DNA of 64,000 nucleotides, from contig OZ059896.1 in NCBI GenBank assembly GCA_964057225.1, positions 23,126,001 through 23,190,000 of the forward strand. Direction: 5' to 3'. The stretch's first letter is position 1. Each line of letters opens with the position of its first letter. Shown piece by piece: positions 12,501 to 27,200 of this stretch. The position numbers were made by a program, and so were the translations under genes. Under the pieces are notes generated by a model that saw only the letters and a list, made by a program, of their open reading frames with translations, had not been told where the DNA came from and searched no databases. Source of the DNA: Auanema rhodensis. Lineage: Eukaryota > Animalia > Nematoda.

Positions 12501-12671
12501 TATTGATATTGGTGCATGGTAACCATGACTTTGAAATTTACGTGAACTTTAATTTATGCTTATTAAATGTACACGTGATGTGCAATTGGTATGTAACTCG
12601 CTTCACGTGAAAGATAAAGAGATGCGGTTTTCAAAATTAGATTCCCCATGTCCATATTAGTCTAAAAACAA
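9504..12671. repeat. Tandem 9-monomer (1584 bp) duplication
   Basis: Rare variants C90T, T142G (AAAAGTAG), A115T (CACGTGTAAG), A161T, T6A+CC150-151AT and C90A occur in the same order in 9504-11087 and 11088-12671. Confidence 0.88.
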
Positions 12672-13903
12672 ATTTTTATTGATATTGGTTCATGGTAACC
12701 ATGACTTTGAAATTTACGTGAACTTTAATTTATGCTAATTAAATGTATACGTGATGTGCACTTGGTATGTAACTCGCTTCACGTGAAAGATAAAGAGATG
12801 CGGTTTTCAAAATTAAATTCCCCATGTCCATATTAGTCTAAAAACAAATTTTTATTGATATTGGTGCATGGTAACCATGACTTTGAAATTTACGTGAACT
12901 TTAATTTATGCTAATTAAATGTACACGTGATGTGCACTTGGTATGTAACTCGCTTCACGTGAAAGATAAAGAGATGCGGTTTTCAAAATTAGATTCCCCA
13001 TGTCCATATTAGTCTAAAAACAAATTTTTATTGATATTGGTGCATGGTAACCATGACTTTGAAATTTACGTGAACTTTAATTTATGCTTATTAAATGTAC
13101 ACGTGATGTGCACTTGGTATGTAACTCGCTTCACGTGAAAGATAAAGAGATGCGGTTTTCAAAATTAGATTCCCCATGTCCATATTAGTCTAAAAACAAA
13201 TTTTAATTGATATTGGTGCATGGTAACCATGACTTTGAAATTTACGTGAACTTTAATTTATGCTAATTAAATGTACACGTGATGTGCACTTGGTATGTAA
13301 CTCGCTTCACGTGAAAGATAAAGAGATGCGGTTTTCAAAATTAGATTCATCATGTCCATATTAGTCTAAAAACAAATTTTTATTGATATTGGTGCATGGT
13401 AACCATGACTTTGAAATTTACGTGAACTTTAATTTATGCTTATTAAATGTACACGTGATGTGCAATTGGTATGTAACTCGCTTCACGTGAAAGATAAAGA
13501 GATGCGGTTTTCAAAATTAGATTCCCCATGTCCATATTAGTCTAAAAACAAATTTTTATTGATATTGGTTCATGGTAACCATGACTTTGAAATTTACGTG
13601 AACTTTAATTTATGCTAATTAAATGTATACGTGATGTGCACTTGGTATGTAACTCGCTTCACGTGAAAGATAAAGAGATGCGGTTTTCAAAATTAAATTC
13701 CCCATGTCCATATTAGTCTAAAAACAAATTTTTATTGATATTGGTGCATGGTAACCATGACTTTGAAATTTACGTGAACTTTAATTTATGCTAATTAAAT
13801 GTACACGTGATGTGCACTTGGTATGTAACTCGCTTCACGTGAAAGATAAAGAGATGCGGTTTTCAAAATTAGATTCCCCATGTCCATATTAGTCTAAAAA
13901 CAA
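12144..13903. repeat. Tandem 5-monomer (880 bp) duplication
   Basis: The series A66T / T6A+CATCATG / A66T+C90A / C77T+G145A (AATTAAATTC) / plain repeats at 12144-13023 and 13024-13903. Confidence 0.85.
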
Positions 13904-14573
13904 ATTTTTATTGATATTGGTGCATGGTAACCATGACTTTGAAATTTACGTGAACTTTAATTTATGCTAATTAAATGTACACGTGATGTGCACTTGGTAT
14001 GTAACTCGCTTCACGTGAAAGATAAAGAGATGCGGTTTTCAAAATTAGATTCCCCATGTCCATTTTAGTCTAAAAACAAATTTTTATTGATATTGGTGCA
14101 TGGTAACCATGACTTTGAAATTTACGTGAACTTTAATTTATGCTAATTAAATGTATACGTGATGTGCACTTGGTATGTAACTCGCTTCACGTGAAAGATA
14201 AAGAGATGCGGTTTTCAAAATTAGATTCCCCATGTCCATATTAGTCTAAAAACAAATTTTTATTGATATTGGTGCATGGTAACCATGACTTTGAAATTTA
14301 CGTGAACTTTAATTTATGCTAATTAAATGTACACGTGATGTGCACTTGGTATGTAACTCGCTTCACGTGAGAGATAAAGAGATGCGCTTTTCAAAATCAG
14401 ATTCCCCATGTCCATATTAGTCTAAAAACAAATTTTTATTGATATTGGTTCATGGTAACCATGACTTTGAAATTTACGTGAACTTTAATTTATGCTAATT
14501 AATTGTACACGTGATGTGCACTTGGTATGTAACTCGCTTCACGTGAAAGATAAAGAGATGCGGTTTTCAAAAT

Positions 14574-17500
14574 TAGATTCCCCATGTCCATATTAGTCTA
14601 CAAACAAATTTTTATTGATATTGGTTCATGGTAACCATGACTTTGAAATTTACGTGAACTTTGATTTATGCTAATTAAATGTACACGTGATGTGCACTTG
14701 GTATGTAACTCGCTTCACGTGAAAGATAAAGAGATGCGGTTTTCAAAATAAGATTCCCCATGTCCATATTAGTCTAAAAACAAATTTTTATTGATATTGG
14801 TGCATGGTAACCATGACTTTGAAATTTACGTGAACTTTAATTTATGCTAATTAAATGTACACGTGATGTGCACTTGGTATGTAACTCGCTTCACGTGAAA
14901 GATAAAGAGATGCGGTTTTCAAAATTAGATTCCCCATGTCCATATTAGTCTAAAAACAAATTTTTATTGATATTGGTTCATGGTAACCATGACTTTGAAA
15001 TTTACGTGAACTTTAATTTATGCTAATTAAATGTATACGTGATGTGCACTTGGTATGTAACTCGCTTCACGTGAAAGATAAAGAGATGCGGTTTTCAAAA
15101 TTAGATTCCCCATGTCCATATTAGTCTAAAAACAAATTTTTATTGATATTGGTGCATGGTAACCATGACTTTGAAATTTACGTGAACTTTAATTTATGCT
15201 AATTAAATGTACACGTGATGTGCACTTGGTATGTAACTCGCTTCACGTGAAAGATAAAGAGATGCGGTTTTCAAAATTAGATTCCCCATGTCCATATTAG
15301 TCTAAAAACAAATTTTTATTGATATTGGTTCATGGTAACCATGACTTTGAAATTTACGTGAACTTTAATTTATGCTAATTAAATGTATACGTGATGTGCA
15401 CTTGGTATGTAACTCGCTTCACGTGAAAGATAAAGAGATGCGGTTTTCAAAATTAGATTCCCCATGTCCATATTAGTCTAAAAACAAATTTTTATTGATA
15501 TTGGTGCATGGTAACCATGACTTTGAAATTTACGTGAACTTTAATTTATGCTAATTAAATGTACACGTGATGTGCACTTGGTATGTAACTCGCTTCACGT
15601 GAAAGATAAAGAGATGCGGTTTTAAAAATTAGATTCCCCATGTCCATATTAGTCTAAAAACAAATTTTTATTGATATTGGTGCATGGTAACCATGACTTT
15701 GAAATTTACGTGAACTTTAATTTATGCTAATTAAATGTACACGTGATGTGCACTTGGTATGTAACTCGCTTCACGTGAAAGATAAAGAGATGCGGTTTTC
15801 AAAATTAGATTCCCCATGTCCATTTTAGTCTAAAAACAAATTTTTATTGATATTGGTGCATGGTAACCATGACTTTGAAATTTACGTGAACTTTAATTTA
15901 TGCTTATTAAATGTACACGTGATGTGCACTTGGTATGTAACTCGCTTCACGTGAAAGATAAAGAGATGCGGTTTTCAAAATTAGATTCCCCATGTCCATA
16001 TTAGTCTAAAAACAAATTTTAATTGATATTGGTGCATGGTAACCATGACTTTGAAATTTACGTGAACTTTAATTTATGCTAATTAAATGTACACGTGATG
16101 TGCACTTGGTATGTAACTCGCTTCACGTGAAAGATAAAGAGATGCGGTTTTCAAAATTAGATTCATCATGTCCATATTAGTCTAAAAACAAATTTTTATT
16201 GATATTGGTGCATGGTAACCATGACTTTGAAATTTACGTGAACTTTAATTTATGCTTATTAAATGTACACGTGATGTGCACTTGGTATGTAACTCGCTTC
16301 ACGTGAAAGATAAAGAGATGCGGTTTTCAAAATTAGATTCCCCATGTCCATATTAGTCTAAAAACAAATTTTTATTGATATTGGTTCATGGTAACCATGA
16401 CTTTGAAATTTACGTGAACTTTAATTTATGCTAATTAAATGTATACGTGATGTGCACTTGGTATGTAACTCGCTTCACGTGAAAGATAAAGAGATGCGGT
16501 TTTCAAAATTAGATTCCCCATGTCCATATTAGTCTAAAAACAAATTTTTATTGATATTGGTGCATGGTAACCATGACTTTGAAATTTACGTGAACTTTAA
16601 TTTATGCTAATTAAATGTACACGTGATGTGCACTTGGTATGTAACTCGCTTCACGTGAAAGATAAAGAGATGCGGTTTTCAAAATTAGATTCCCCATTTC
16701 CATATTAGTCTAAAAACAAATTTTTATTGATATTGGTGCATGGTAACCATGACTTTGAAATTTACGTGAACTTTAATTTATGCTTATTAAATGTACACGT
16801 GATGTGCACTTGGTATGTAACTCGCTTCACGTGAAAGATAAAGAGATGCGGTTTTCAAAATTAGATTCCCCATGTCCATATTAGTCTAAAAACAAATTTT
16901 TATTGATATTGGTGCATGGTAACCATGACTTTGAAATTTACGTGAACTTTAATTTATGCTAATTAAATGTACACGTGATGTGCACTTGGTATGTAACTCG
17001 CTTCACGTGAGAGATAAAGAGATGCGGTTTTCAAAATCAGATTACCCATGTCCATATTAGTCTAAAAACAAATTTTTATTGATATTGGTTCATGGTAACC
17101 ATGACTTTGAAATTTACGTGAACTTTAATTTATGCTAATTAATTGTACACGTGATGTGCACTTGGTATGTAACTCGCTTCACGTGAAAGATAAAGAGATG
17201 CGGTTTTCAAAACTAGATTCCCCATGTCCATATTAGTCTACAAACAAATTTTTATTGATATTGGTTCATGGTAACCATGACTTTGAAATTTACGTGAACT
17301 TTGATTTATGCTAATTAAATGTACACGTGATGTGCACTTGGTATGTAACTCGCTTCACGTGAAAGATAAAGAGATGCGGTTTTCAAAATAAGATTCCCCA
17401 TGTCCATATTAGTCTAAAAACAAATTTTTATTGATATTGGTGCATGGTAACCATGACTTTGAAATTTACGTGAACTTTAATTTATGCTAATTAAATGTAC

Positions 17501-20500
17501 ACGTGATGTGCACTTGGTATGTAACTCGCTTCACGTGAAAGATAAAGAGATGCGGTTTTCAAAATTAGATTCCCCATGTCCATATTAGTCTAAAAACAAA
17601 TTTTCATTGATATTGGTTCATGGTAACCATGACTTTGAAATTTACGTGAACTTTAATTTATGCTAATTAAATGTATACGTGATGTGCACTTGGTATGTAA
17701 TTCGCTTCACGTGAAAGATAAAGAGATGCGGTTTTCAAAATTAGATTCCCCATGTCCATATTAGTCTAAAAACAAATTTTTATTGATATTGGTGCATGGT
17801 AACCATGACTTTGAAATTTACGTGAACTTTAATTTATGCTAATTAAATGTACACGTGATGTGCACTTGGTATGTAACTCGCTTCACGTGAGAGATAAAGA
17901 GATGCGGTTTTCAAAATCAGATTACCCATGTCCATATTAGTCTAAAAACAAATTTTTATTGATATTGGTTCATGGTAACCATGACTTTGAAATTTACGTG
18001 AACTTTAATTTATGCTAATTAATTGTACACGTGATGTGCACTTGGTATGTAACTCGCTTCACGTGAAAGATAAAGAGATGCGGTTTTCAAAATTAGATTC
18101 CCCATGTCCATATTAGTCTACAAACAAATTTTTATTGATATTGGTTCATGGTAACCATGACTTTGAAATTTACGTGAACTTTGATTTATGCTAATTAAAT
18201 GTACACGTGATGTGCACTTGGTATGTAACTCGCTTCACGTGAAAGATAAAGAGATGCGGTTTTCAAAATAAGATTCCCCATGTCCATATTAGTCTAAAAA
18301 CAAATTTTTATTGATATTGGTGCATGGTAACCATGACTTTGAAATTTACGTGAACTTTAATTTATGCTAATTAAATGTACACGTGATGTGCACTTGGTAT
18401 GTAACTCGCTTCACGTGAAAGATAAAGAGATGCGGTTTTCAAAATTAGATTCCCCATGTCCATATTAGTCTAAAAACAAATTTTTATTGATATTGGTTCA
18501 TGGTAACCATGACTTTGAAATTTACGTGAACTTTAATTTATGCTAATTAAATGTACACGTGATGTGCACTTGGTATGTAACTCGCTTCACGTGAGAGATA
18601 AAGAGATGCGGTTTTCAAAATTAGATTCCCCATGTCCATATTAGTCTACAAACAAATTTTTATTGATATTGGTTCATGGTAACCATGACTTTGAAATTTA
18701 CGTGAACTTTGATTTATGCTAATTAAATGTACACGTGATGTGCACTTGGTATGTAACTCGCTTCACGTGAAAGATAAAGAGATGCGGTTTTCAAAATAAG
18801 ATTCCCCATGTCCATATTAGTCTAAAAACAAATTTTTATTGATATTGGTGCATGGTAACCATGACTTTGAAATTTACGTGAACTTTAATTTATGCTAATT
18901 AAATGTACACGTGATGTGCACTTGGTATGTAACTCGCTTCACGTGAAAGATAAAGAGATGCGGTTTTCAAAATTAGATTCCCCATGTCCATATTAGTCTA
19001 AAAACAAATTTTTATTGATATTGGTTCATGGTAACCATGACTTTGAAATTTACGTGAACTTTAATTTATGCTAATTAAATGTATACGTGATGTGCACTTG
19101 GTATGTAACTCGCTTCACGTGAAAGATAAAGAGATGCGGTTTTCAAAATTAGATTCCCCATGTCCATATTAGTCTAAAAACAAATTTTTATTGATATTGG
19201 TGCATGGTAACCATGACTTTGAAATTTACGTGAACTTTAATTTATGCTAATTAAATGTACACGTGATGTGCACTTGGTATGTAACTCGCTTCACGTGAAA
19301 GATAAAGAGATGCGGTTTTCAAAATTAGATTCCCCATGTCCATATTAGTCTAAAAACAAATTTTTATTGATATTGGTTCATGGTAACCATGACTTTGAAA
19401 TTTACGTGAACTTTAATTTATGCTAATTAAATGTATACGTGATGTGCACTTGGTATGTAACTCGCTTCACGTGAAAGATAAAGAGATGCGGTTTTCAAAA
19501 TTAGATTCCCCATGTCCATATTAGTCTAAAAACAAATTTTTATTGATATTGGTGCATGGTAACCATGACTTTGAAATTTACGTGAACTTTAATTTATGCT
19601 AATTAAATGTACACGTGATGTGCACTTGGTATGTAACTCGCTTCACGTGAAAGATAAAGAGATGCGGTTTTAAAAATTAGATTCCCCATGTCCATATTAG
19701 TCTAAAAACAAATTTTTATTGATATTGGTGCATGGTAACCATGACTTTGAAATTTACGTGAACTTTAATTTATGCTAATTAAATGTACACGTGATGTGCA
19801 CTTGGTATGTAACTCGCTTCACGTGAAAGATAAAGAGATGCGGTTTTCAAAATTAGATTCCCCATGTCCATTTTAGTCTAAAAACAAATTTTTATTGATA
19901 TTGGTGCATGGTAACCATGACTTTGAAATTTACGTGAACTTTAATTTATGCTTATTAAATGTACACGTGATGTGCACTTGGTATGTAACTCGCTTCACGT
20001 GAAAGATAAAGAGATGCGGTTTTCAAAATTAGATTCCCCATGTCCATATTAGTCTAAAAACAAATTTTAATTGATATTGGTGCATGGTAACCATGACTTT
20101 GAAATTTACGTGAACTTTAATTTATGCTAATTAAATGTACACGTGATGTGCACTTGGTATGTAACTCGCTTCACGTGAAAGATAAAGAGATGCGGTTTTC
20201 AAAATTAGATTCATCATGTCCATATTAGTCTAAAAACAAATTTTTATTGATATTGGTGCATGGTAACCATGACTTTGAAATTTACGTGAACTTTAATTTA
20301 TGCTTATTAAATGTACACGTGATGTGCACTTGGTATGTAACTCGCTTCACGTGAAAGATAAAGAGATGCGGTTTTCAAAATTAGATTCCCCATGTCCATA
20401 TTAGTCTAAAAACAAATTTTTATTGATATTGGTTCATGGTAACCATGACTTTGAAATTTACGTGAACTTTAATTTATGCTAATTAAATGTATACGTGATG

Positions 20501-22669
20501 TGCACTTGGTATGTAACTCGCTTCACGTGAAAGATAAAGAGATGCGGTTTTCAAAATTAGATTCCCCATGTCCATATTAGTCTAAAAACAAATTTTTATT
20601 GATATTGGTGCATGGTAACCATGACTTTGAAATTTACGTGAACTTTAATTTATGCTAATTAAATGTACACGTGATGTGCACTTGGTATGTAACTCGCTTC
20701 ACGTGAAAGATAAAGAGATGCGGTTTTCAAAATTAGATTCCCCATTTCCATATTAGTCTAAAAACAAATTTTTATTGATATTGGTGCATGGTAACCATGA
20801 CTTTGAAATTTACGTGAACTTTAATTTATGCTTATTAAATGTACACGTGATGTGCACTTGGTATGTAACTCGCTTCACGTGAAAGATAAAGAGATGCGGT
20901 TTTCAAAATTAGATTCCCCATGTCCATATTAGTCTAAAAACAAATTTTTATTGATATTGGTGCATGGTAACCATGACTTTGAAATTTACGTGAACTTTAA
21001 TTTATGCTAATTAAATGTACACGTGATGTGCACTTGGTATGTAACTCGCTTCACGTGAGAGATAAAGAGATGCGGTTTTCAAAATCAGATTACCCATGTC
21101 CATATTAGTCTAAAAACAAATTTTTATTGATATTGGTTCATGGTAACCATGACTTTGAAATTTACGTGAACTTTAATTTATGCTAATTAATTGTACACGT
21201 GATGTGCACTTGGTATGTAACTCGCTTCACGTGAAAGATAAAGAGATGCGGTTTTCAAAACTAGATTCCCCATGTCCATATTAGTCTACAAACAAATTTT
21301 TATTGATATTGGTTCATGGTAACCATGACTTTGAAATTTACGTGAACTTTGATTTATGCTAATTAAATGTACACGTGATGTGCACTTGGTATGTAACTCG
21401 CTTCACGTGAAAGATAAAGAGATGCGGTTTTCAAAATAAGATTCCCCATGTCCATATTAGTCTAAAAACAAATTTTTATTGATATTGGTGCATGGTAACC
21501 ATGACTTTGAAATTTACGTGAACTTTAATTTATGCTAATTAAATGTACACGTGATGTGCACTTGGTATGTAACTCGCTTCACGTGAAAGATAAAGAGATG
21601 CGGTTTTCAAAATTAGATTCCCCATGTCCATATTAGTCTAAAAACAAATTTTCATTGATATTGGTTCATGGTAACCATGACTTTGAAATTTACGTGAACT
21701 TTAATTTATGCTAATTAAATGTATACGTGATGTGCACTTGGTATGTAATTCGCTTCACGTGAAAGATAAAGAGATGCGGTTTTCAAAATTAGATTCCCCA
21801 TGTCCATATTAGTCTAAAAACAAATTTTTATTGATATTGGTGCATGGTAACCATGACTTTGAAATTTACGTGAACTTTAATTTATGCTAATTAAATGTAC
21901 ACGTGATGTGCACTTGGTATGTAACTCGCTTCACGTGAGAGATAAAGAGATGCGGTTTTCAAAATCAGATTACCCATGTCCATATTAGTCTAAAAACAAA
22001 TTTTTATTGATATTGGTTCATGGTAACCATGACTTTGAAATTTACGTGAACTTTAATTTATGCTAATTAATTGTACACGTGATGTGCACTTGGTATGTAA
22101 CTCGCTTCACGTGAAAGATAAAGAGATGCGGTTTTCAAAATTAGATTCCCCATGTCCATATTAGTCTACAAACAAATTTTTATTGATATTGGTTCATGGT
22201 AACCATGACTTTGAAATTTACGTGAACTTTGATTTATGCTAATTAAATGTACACGTGATGTGCACTTGGTATGTAACTCGCTTCACGTGAAAGATAAAGA
22301 GATGCGGTTTTCAAAATAAGATTCCCCATGTCCATATTAGTCTAAAAACAAATTTTTATTGATATTGGTGCATGGTAACCATGACTTTGAAATTTACGTG
22401 AACTTTAATTTATGCTAATTAAATGTACACGTGATGTGCACTTGGTATGTAACTCGCTTCACGTGAAAGATAAAGAGATGCGGTTTTCAAAATTAGATTC
22501 CCCATGTCCATATTAGTCTAAAAACAAATTTTTATTGATATTGGTTCATGGTAACCATGACTTTGAAATTTACGTGAACTTTAATTTATGCTAATTAAAT
22601 GTACACGTGATGTGCACTTGGTATGTAACTCGCTTCACGTGAGAGATAAAGAGATGCGGTTTTCAAAAT
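14574..22669. repeat. Tandem 23-monomer (4048 bp) duplication
   Basis: The variant order of monomers 84-106 is repeated in 107-129, including C137A, G155T, T142C and T6C+C102T. The junction lies in a chimeric monomer at about 18596-18621. Confidence 0.88.
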
Positions 22670-24287
22670 CAGATTACCCATGTCCATATTAGTCTAAAAA
22701 CAAATTTTTATTGATATTGGTTCATGGTAACCATGACTTTGAAATTTACGTGAACTTTAATTTATGCTAATTAATTGTACACGTGATGTGCACTTGGTAT
22801 GTAACTCGCTTCACGTGAAAGATAAAGAGATGCGGTTTTCAAAACTAGATTCCCCATGTCCATATTAGTCTACAAACAAATTTTTATTGATATTGGTTCA
22901 TGGTAACCATGACTTTGAAATTTACGTGAACTTTGATTTATGCTAATTAAATGTACACGTGATGTGCACTTGGTATGTAACTCGCTTCACGTGAAAGATA
23001 AAGAGATGCGGTTTTCAAAATAAGATTCCCCATGTCCATATTAGTCTAAAAACAAATTTTTATTGATATTGGTGCATGGTAACCATGACTTTGAAATTTA
23101 CGTGAACTTTAATTTATGCTAATTAAATGTACACGTGATGTGCACTTGGTATGTAACTCGCTTCACGTGAAAGATAAAGAGATGCGGTTTTCAAAATTAG
23201 ATTCCCCATGTCCATATTAGTCTAAAAACAAATTTTCATTGATATTGGTTCATGGTAACCATGACTTTGAAATTTACGTGAACTTTAATTTATGCTAATT
23301 AAATGTATACGTGATGTGCACTTGGTATGTAATTCGCTTCACGTGAAAGATAAAGAGATGCGGTTTTCAAAATTAGATTCCCCATGTCCATATTAGTCTA
23401 AAAACAAATTTTTATTGATATTGGTGCATGGTAACCATGACTTTGAAATTTACGTGAACTTTAATTTATGCTAATTAAATGTACACGTGATGTGCACTTG
23501 GTATGTAACTCGCTTCACGTGAGAGATAAAGAGATGCGGTTTTCAAAATCAGATTACCCATGTCCATATTAGTCTAAAAACAAATTTTTATTGATATTGG
23601 TTCATGGTAACCATGACTTTGAAATTTACGTGAACTTTAATTTATGCTAATTAATTGTACACGTGATGTGCACTTGGTATGTAACTCGCTTCACGTGAAA
23701 GATAAAGAGATGCGGTTTTCAAAATTAGATTCCCCATGTCCATATTAGTCTACAAACAAATTTTTATTGATATTGGTTCATGGTAACCATGACTTTGAAA
23801 TTTACGTGAACTTTGATTTATGCTAATTAAATGTACACGTGATGTGCACTTGGTATGTAACTCGCTTCACGTGAAAGATAAAGAGATGCGGTTTTCAAAA
23901 TAAGATTCCCCATGTCCATATTAGTCTAAAAACAAATTTTTATTGATATTGGTGCATGGTAACCATGACTTTGAAATTTACGTGAACTTTAATTTATGCT
24001 AATTAAATGTACACGTGATGTGCACTTGGTATGTAACTCGCTTCACGTGAAAGATAAAGAGATGCGGTTTTCAAAATTAGATTCCCCATGTCCATATTAG
24101 TCTAAAAACAAATTTTTATTGATATTGGTTCATGGTAACCATGACTTTGAAATTTACGTGAACTTTAATTTATGCTAATTAAATGTACACGTGATGTGCA
24201 CTTGGTATGTAACTCGCTTCACGTGAGAGATAAAGAGATGCGGTTTTCAAAATCAGATTACCCATGTCCATATTAGTCTAAAAACAA
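21120..24287. repeat. Tandem 9-monomer (1584 bp) duplication
   Basis: The series starting at the T142C (AAACTAG) monomer at 21120 is repeated from 22704. Each copy ends in a T19+A116G+T143C+C149A monomer. Confidence 0.85.
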
Positions 24288-27200
24288 ATTTTTATTGATA
24301 TTGGTTCATGGTAACCATGACTTTGAAATTTACGTGAACTTTAATTTATGCTAATTAATTGTACACGTGATGTGCACTTGGTATGTAACTCGCTTCACGT
24401 GAAAGATAAAGAGATGCGGTTTTCAAAATTAGATTCCCCATGTCCATATTAGTCTAAAAACAAATTTTTATTGATATTGGTTCATGGTAACCATGACTTT
24501 GAAATTTACGTGAACTTTGATTTATGCTAATTAAATGTATACGTGATGTGCACTTGGTATGTAATTCGCTTCACGTGAAAGATAAAGAGATGCGGTTTTC
24601 AAAATTAGATTCCCCATGTCCATATTAGTCTAAAAACAAATTTTTATTGATATTGGTGCATGGTAACCATGACTTTGAAATTTACGTGAACTTTAATTTA
24701 TGCTAATTAAATGTACACGTGATGTGCACTTGGTATGTAACTCGCTTCACGTGAGAGATAAAGAGATGCGGTTTTCAAAATCAGATTACCCATGTCCATA
24801 TTAGTCTAAAAACAAATTTTTATTGATATTGGTTCATGGTAACCATGACTTTGAAATTTACGTGAACTTTAATTTATGCTAATTAATTGTACACGTGATG
24901 TGCACTTGGTATGTAACTCGCTTCACGTGAAAGATAAAGAGATGCGGTTTTCAAAATTAGATTCCCCATGTCCATATTAGTCTAAAAACAAATTTTTATT
25001 GATATTGGTGCATGGTAACCATGACTTTGAAATTTACGTGAACTTTAATTTATGCTAATTAAATGTACACGTGATGTGCACTTGGTATGTAACTCGCTTC
25101 ACGTGAAAGATAAAGAGATGCGGTTTTCAAAATTAGATTCCCCATGTCCATATTAGTCTAAAAACAAATTTTTATTGATATTGGTCCATGGTAACCATGA
25201 CTTTGAAATTTACGTGAACTTTAATTTATGCTAATTAAATGTATACGTGATGTGCACTTGGTATGTAACTCGCTTCACGTGAAAGATAAAGAGATGCGGT
25301 TTTCAAAATTAGATTCCCCATGTCCATATTAGTCTAAAAACAAATTTTTATTGATATTGGTGCATGGTAACCATGACTTTGAAATTTACGTGAACTTTAA
25401 TTTATGCTAATTAAATGTACACGTGATGTGCACTTGGTATGTAACTCGCTTCACGTGAAAGATAAAGAGATGCGGTTTTAAAAATTAGATTCCCCATGTC
25501 CATATTAGTCTAAAAACAAATTTTTATTGATATTGGTGCATGGTAACCATGACTTTGAAATTTACGTGAACTTTAATTTATGCTAATTAAATGTACACGT
25601 GATGTGCACTTGGTATGTAACTCGCTTCACGTGAAAGATAAAGAGATGCGGTTTTCAAAATTAGATTCCCCATGTCCATTTTAGTCTAAAAACAAATTTT
25701 TATTGATATTGGTGCATGGTAACCATGACTTTGAAATTTACGTGAACTTTAATTTATGCTTATTAAATGTACACGTGATGTGCACTTGGTATGTAACTCG
25801 CTTCACGTGAAAGATAAAGAGATGCGGTTTTCAAAATTAGATTCCCCATGTCCATATTAGTCTAAAAACAAATTTTAATTGATATTGGTGCATGGTAACC
25901 ATGACTTTGAAATTTACGTGAACTTTAATTTATGCTAATTAAATGTACACGTGATGTGCACTTGGTATGTAACTCGCTTCACGTGAAAGATAAAGAGATG
26001 CGGTTTTCAAAATTAGATTCATCATGTCCATATTAGTCTAAAAACAAATTTTTATTGATATTGGTGCATGGTAACCATGACTTTGAAATTTACGTGAACT
26101 TTAATTTATGCTTATTAAATGTACACGTGATGTGCACTTGGTATGTAACTCGCTTCACGTGAAAGATAAAGAGATGCGGTTTTCAAAATTAGATTCCCCA
26201 TGTCCATATTAGTCTAAAAACAAATTTTTATTGATATTGGTTCATGGTAACCATGACTTTGAAATTTACGTGAACTTTAATTTATGCTAATTAAATGTAT
26301 ACGTGATGTGCACTTGGTATGTAACTCGCTTCACGTGAAAGATAAAGAGATGCGGTTTTCAAAATTAGATTCCCCATGTCCATATTAGTCTAAAAACAAA
26401 TTTTTATTGATATTGGTGCATGGTAACCATGACTTTGAAATTTACGTGAACTTTAATTTATGCTTATTAAATGTACACGTGATGTGCACTTGGTATGTAA
26501 CTCGCTTCACGTGAAAGATAAAGAGATGCGGTTTTCAAAATTAGATTCCCCATGTCCATATTAGTCTAAAAACAAATTTTTATTGATATTGGTGCATGGT
26601 AACCATGACTTTGAAATTTACGTGAACTTTAATTTATGCTAATTAAATGTACACGTGATGTGCACTTGGTATGTAACTCGCTTCACGTGAGAGATAAAGA
26701 GATGCGGTTTTCAAAATCAGATTACCCATGTCCATATTAGTCTAAAAACAAATTTTTATTGATATTGGTTCATGGTAACCATGACTTTGAAATTTACGTG
26801 AACTTTAATTTATGCTAATTAATTGTACACGTGATGTGCACTTGGTATGTAACTCGCTTCACGTGAAAGATAAAGAGATGCGGTTTTCAAAACTAGATTC
26901 CCCATGTCCATATTAGTCTACAAACAAATTTTTATTGATATTGGTTCATGGTAACCATGACTTTGAAATTTACGTGAACTTTGATTTATGCTAATTAAAT
27001 GTACACGTGATGTGCACTTGGTATGTAACTCGCTTCACGTGAAAGATAAAGAGATGCGGTTTTCAAAATAAGATTCCCCATGTCCATATTAGTCTAAAAA
27101 CAAATTTTTATTGATATTGGTGCATGGTAACCATGACTTTGAAATTTACGTGAACTTTAATTTATGCTAATTAAATGTACACGTGATGTGCTCTTGGTAT

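Noticed and set aside
17699-17716. CENP-B box-like TTCG....A created by the C102T variant (ATTCGCTTCACGTGAA)
   Set aside because: It matches only TTCGnnnnA. The essential CGGG is absent (TGAA instead).
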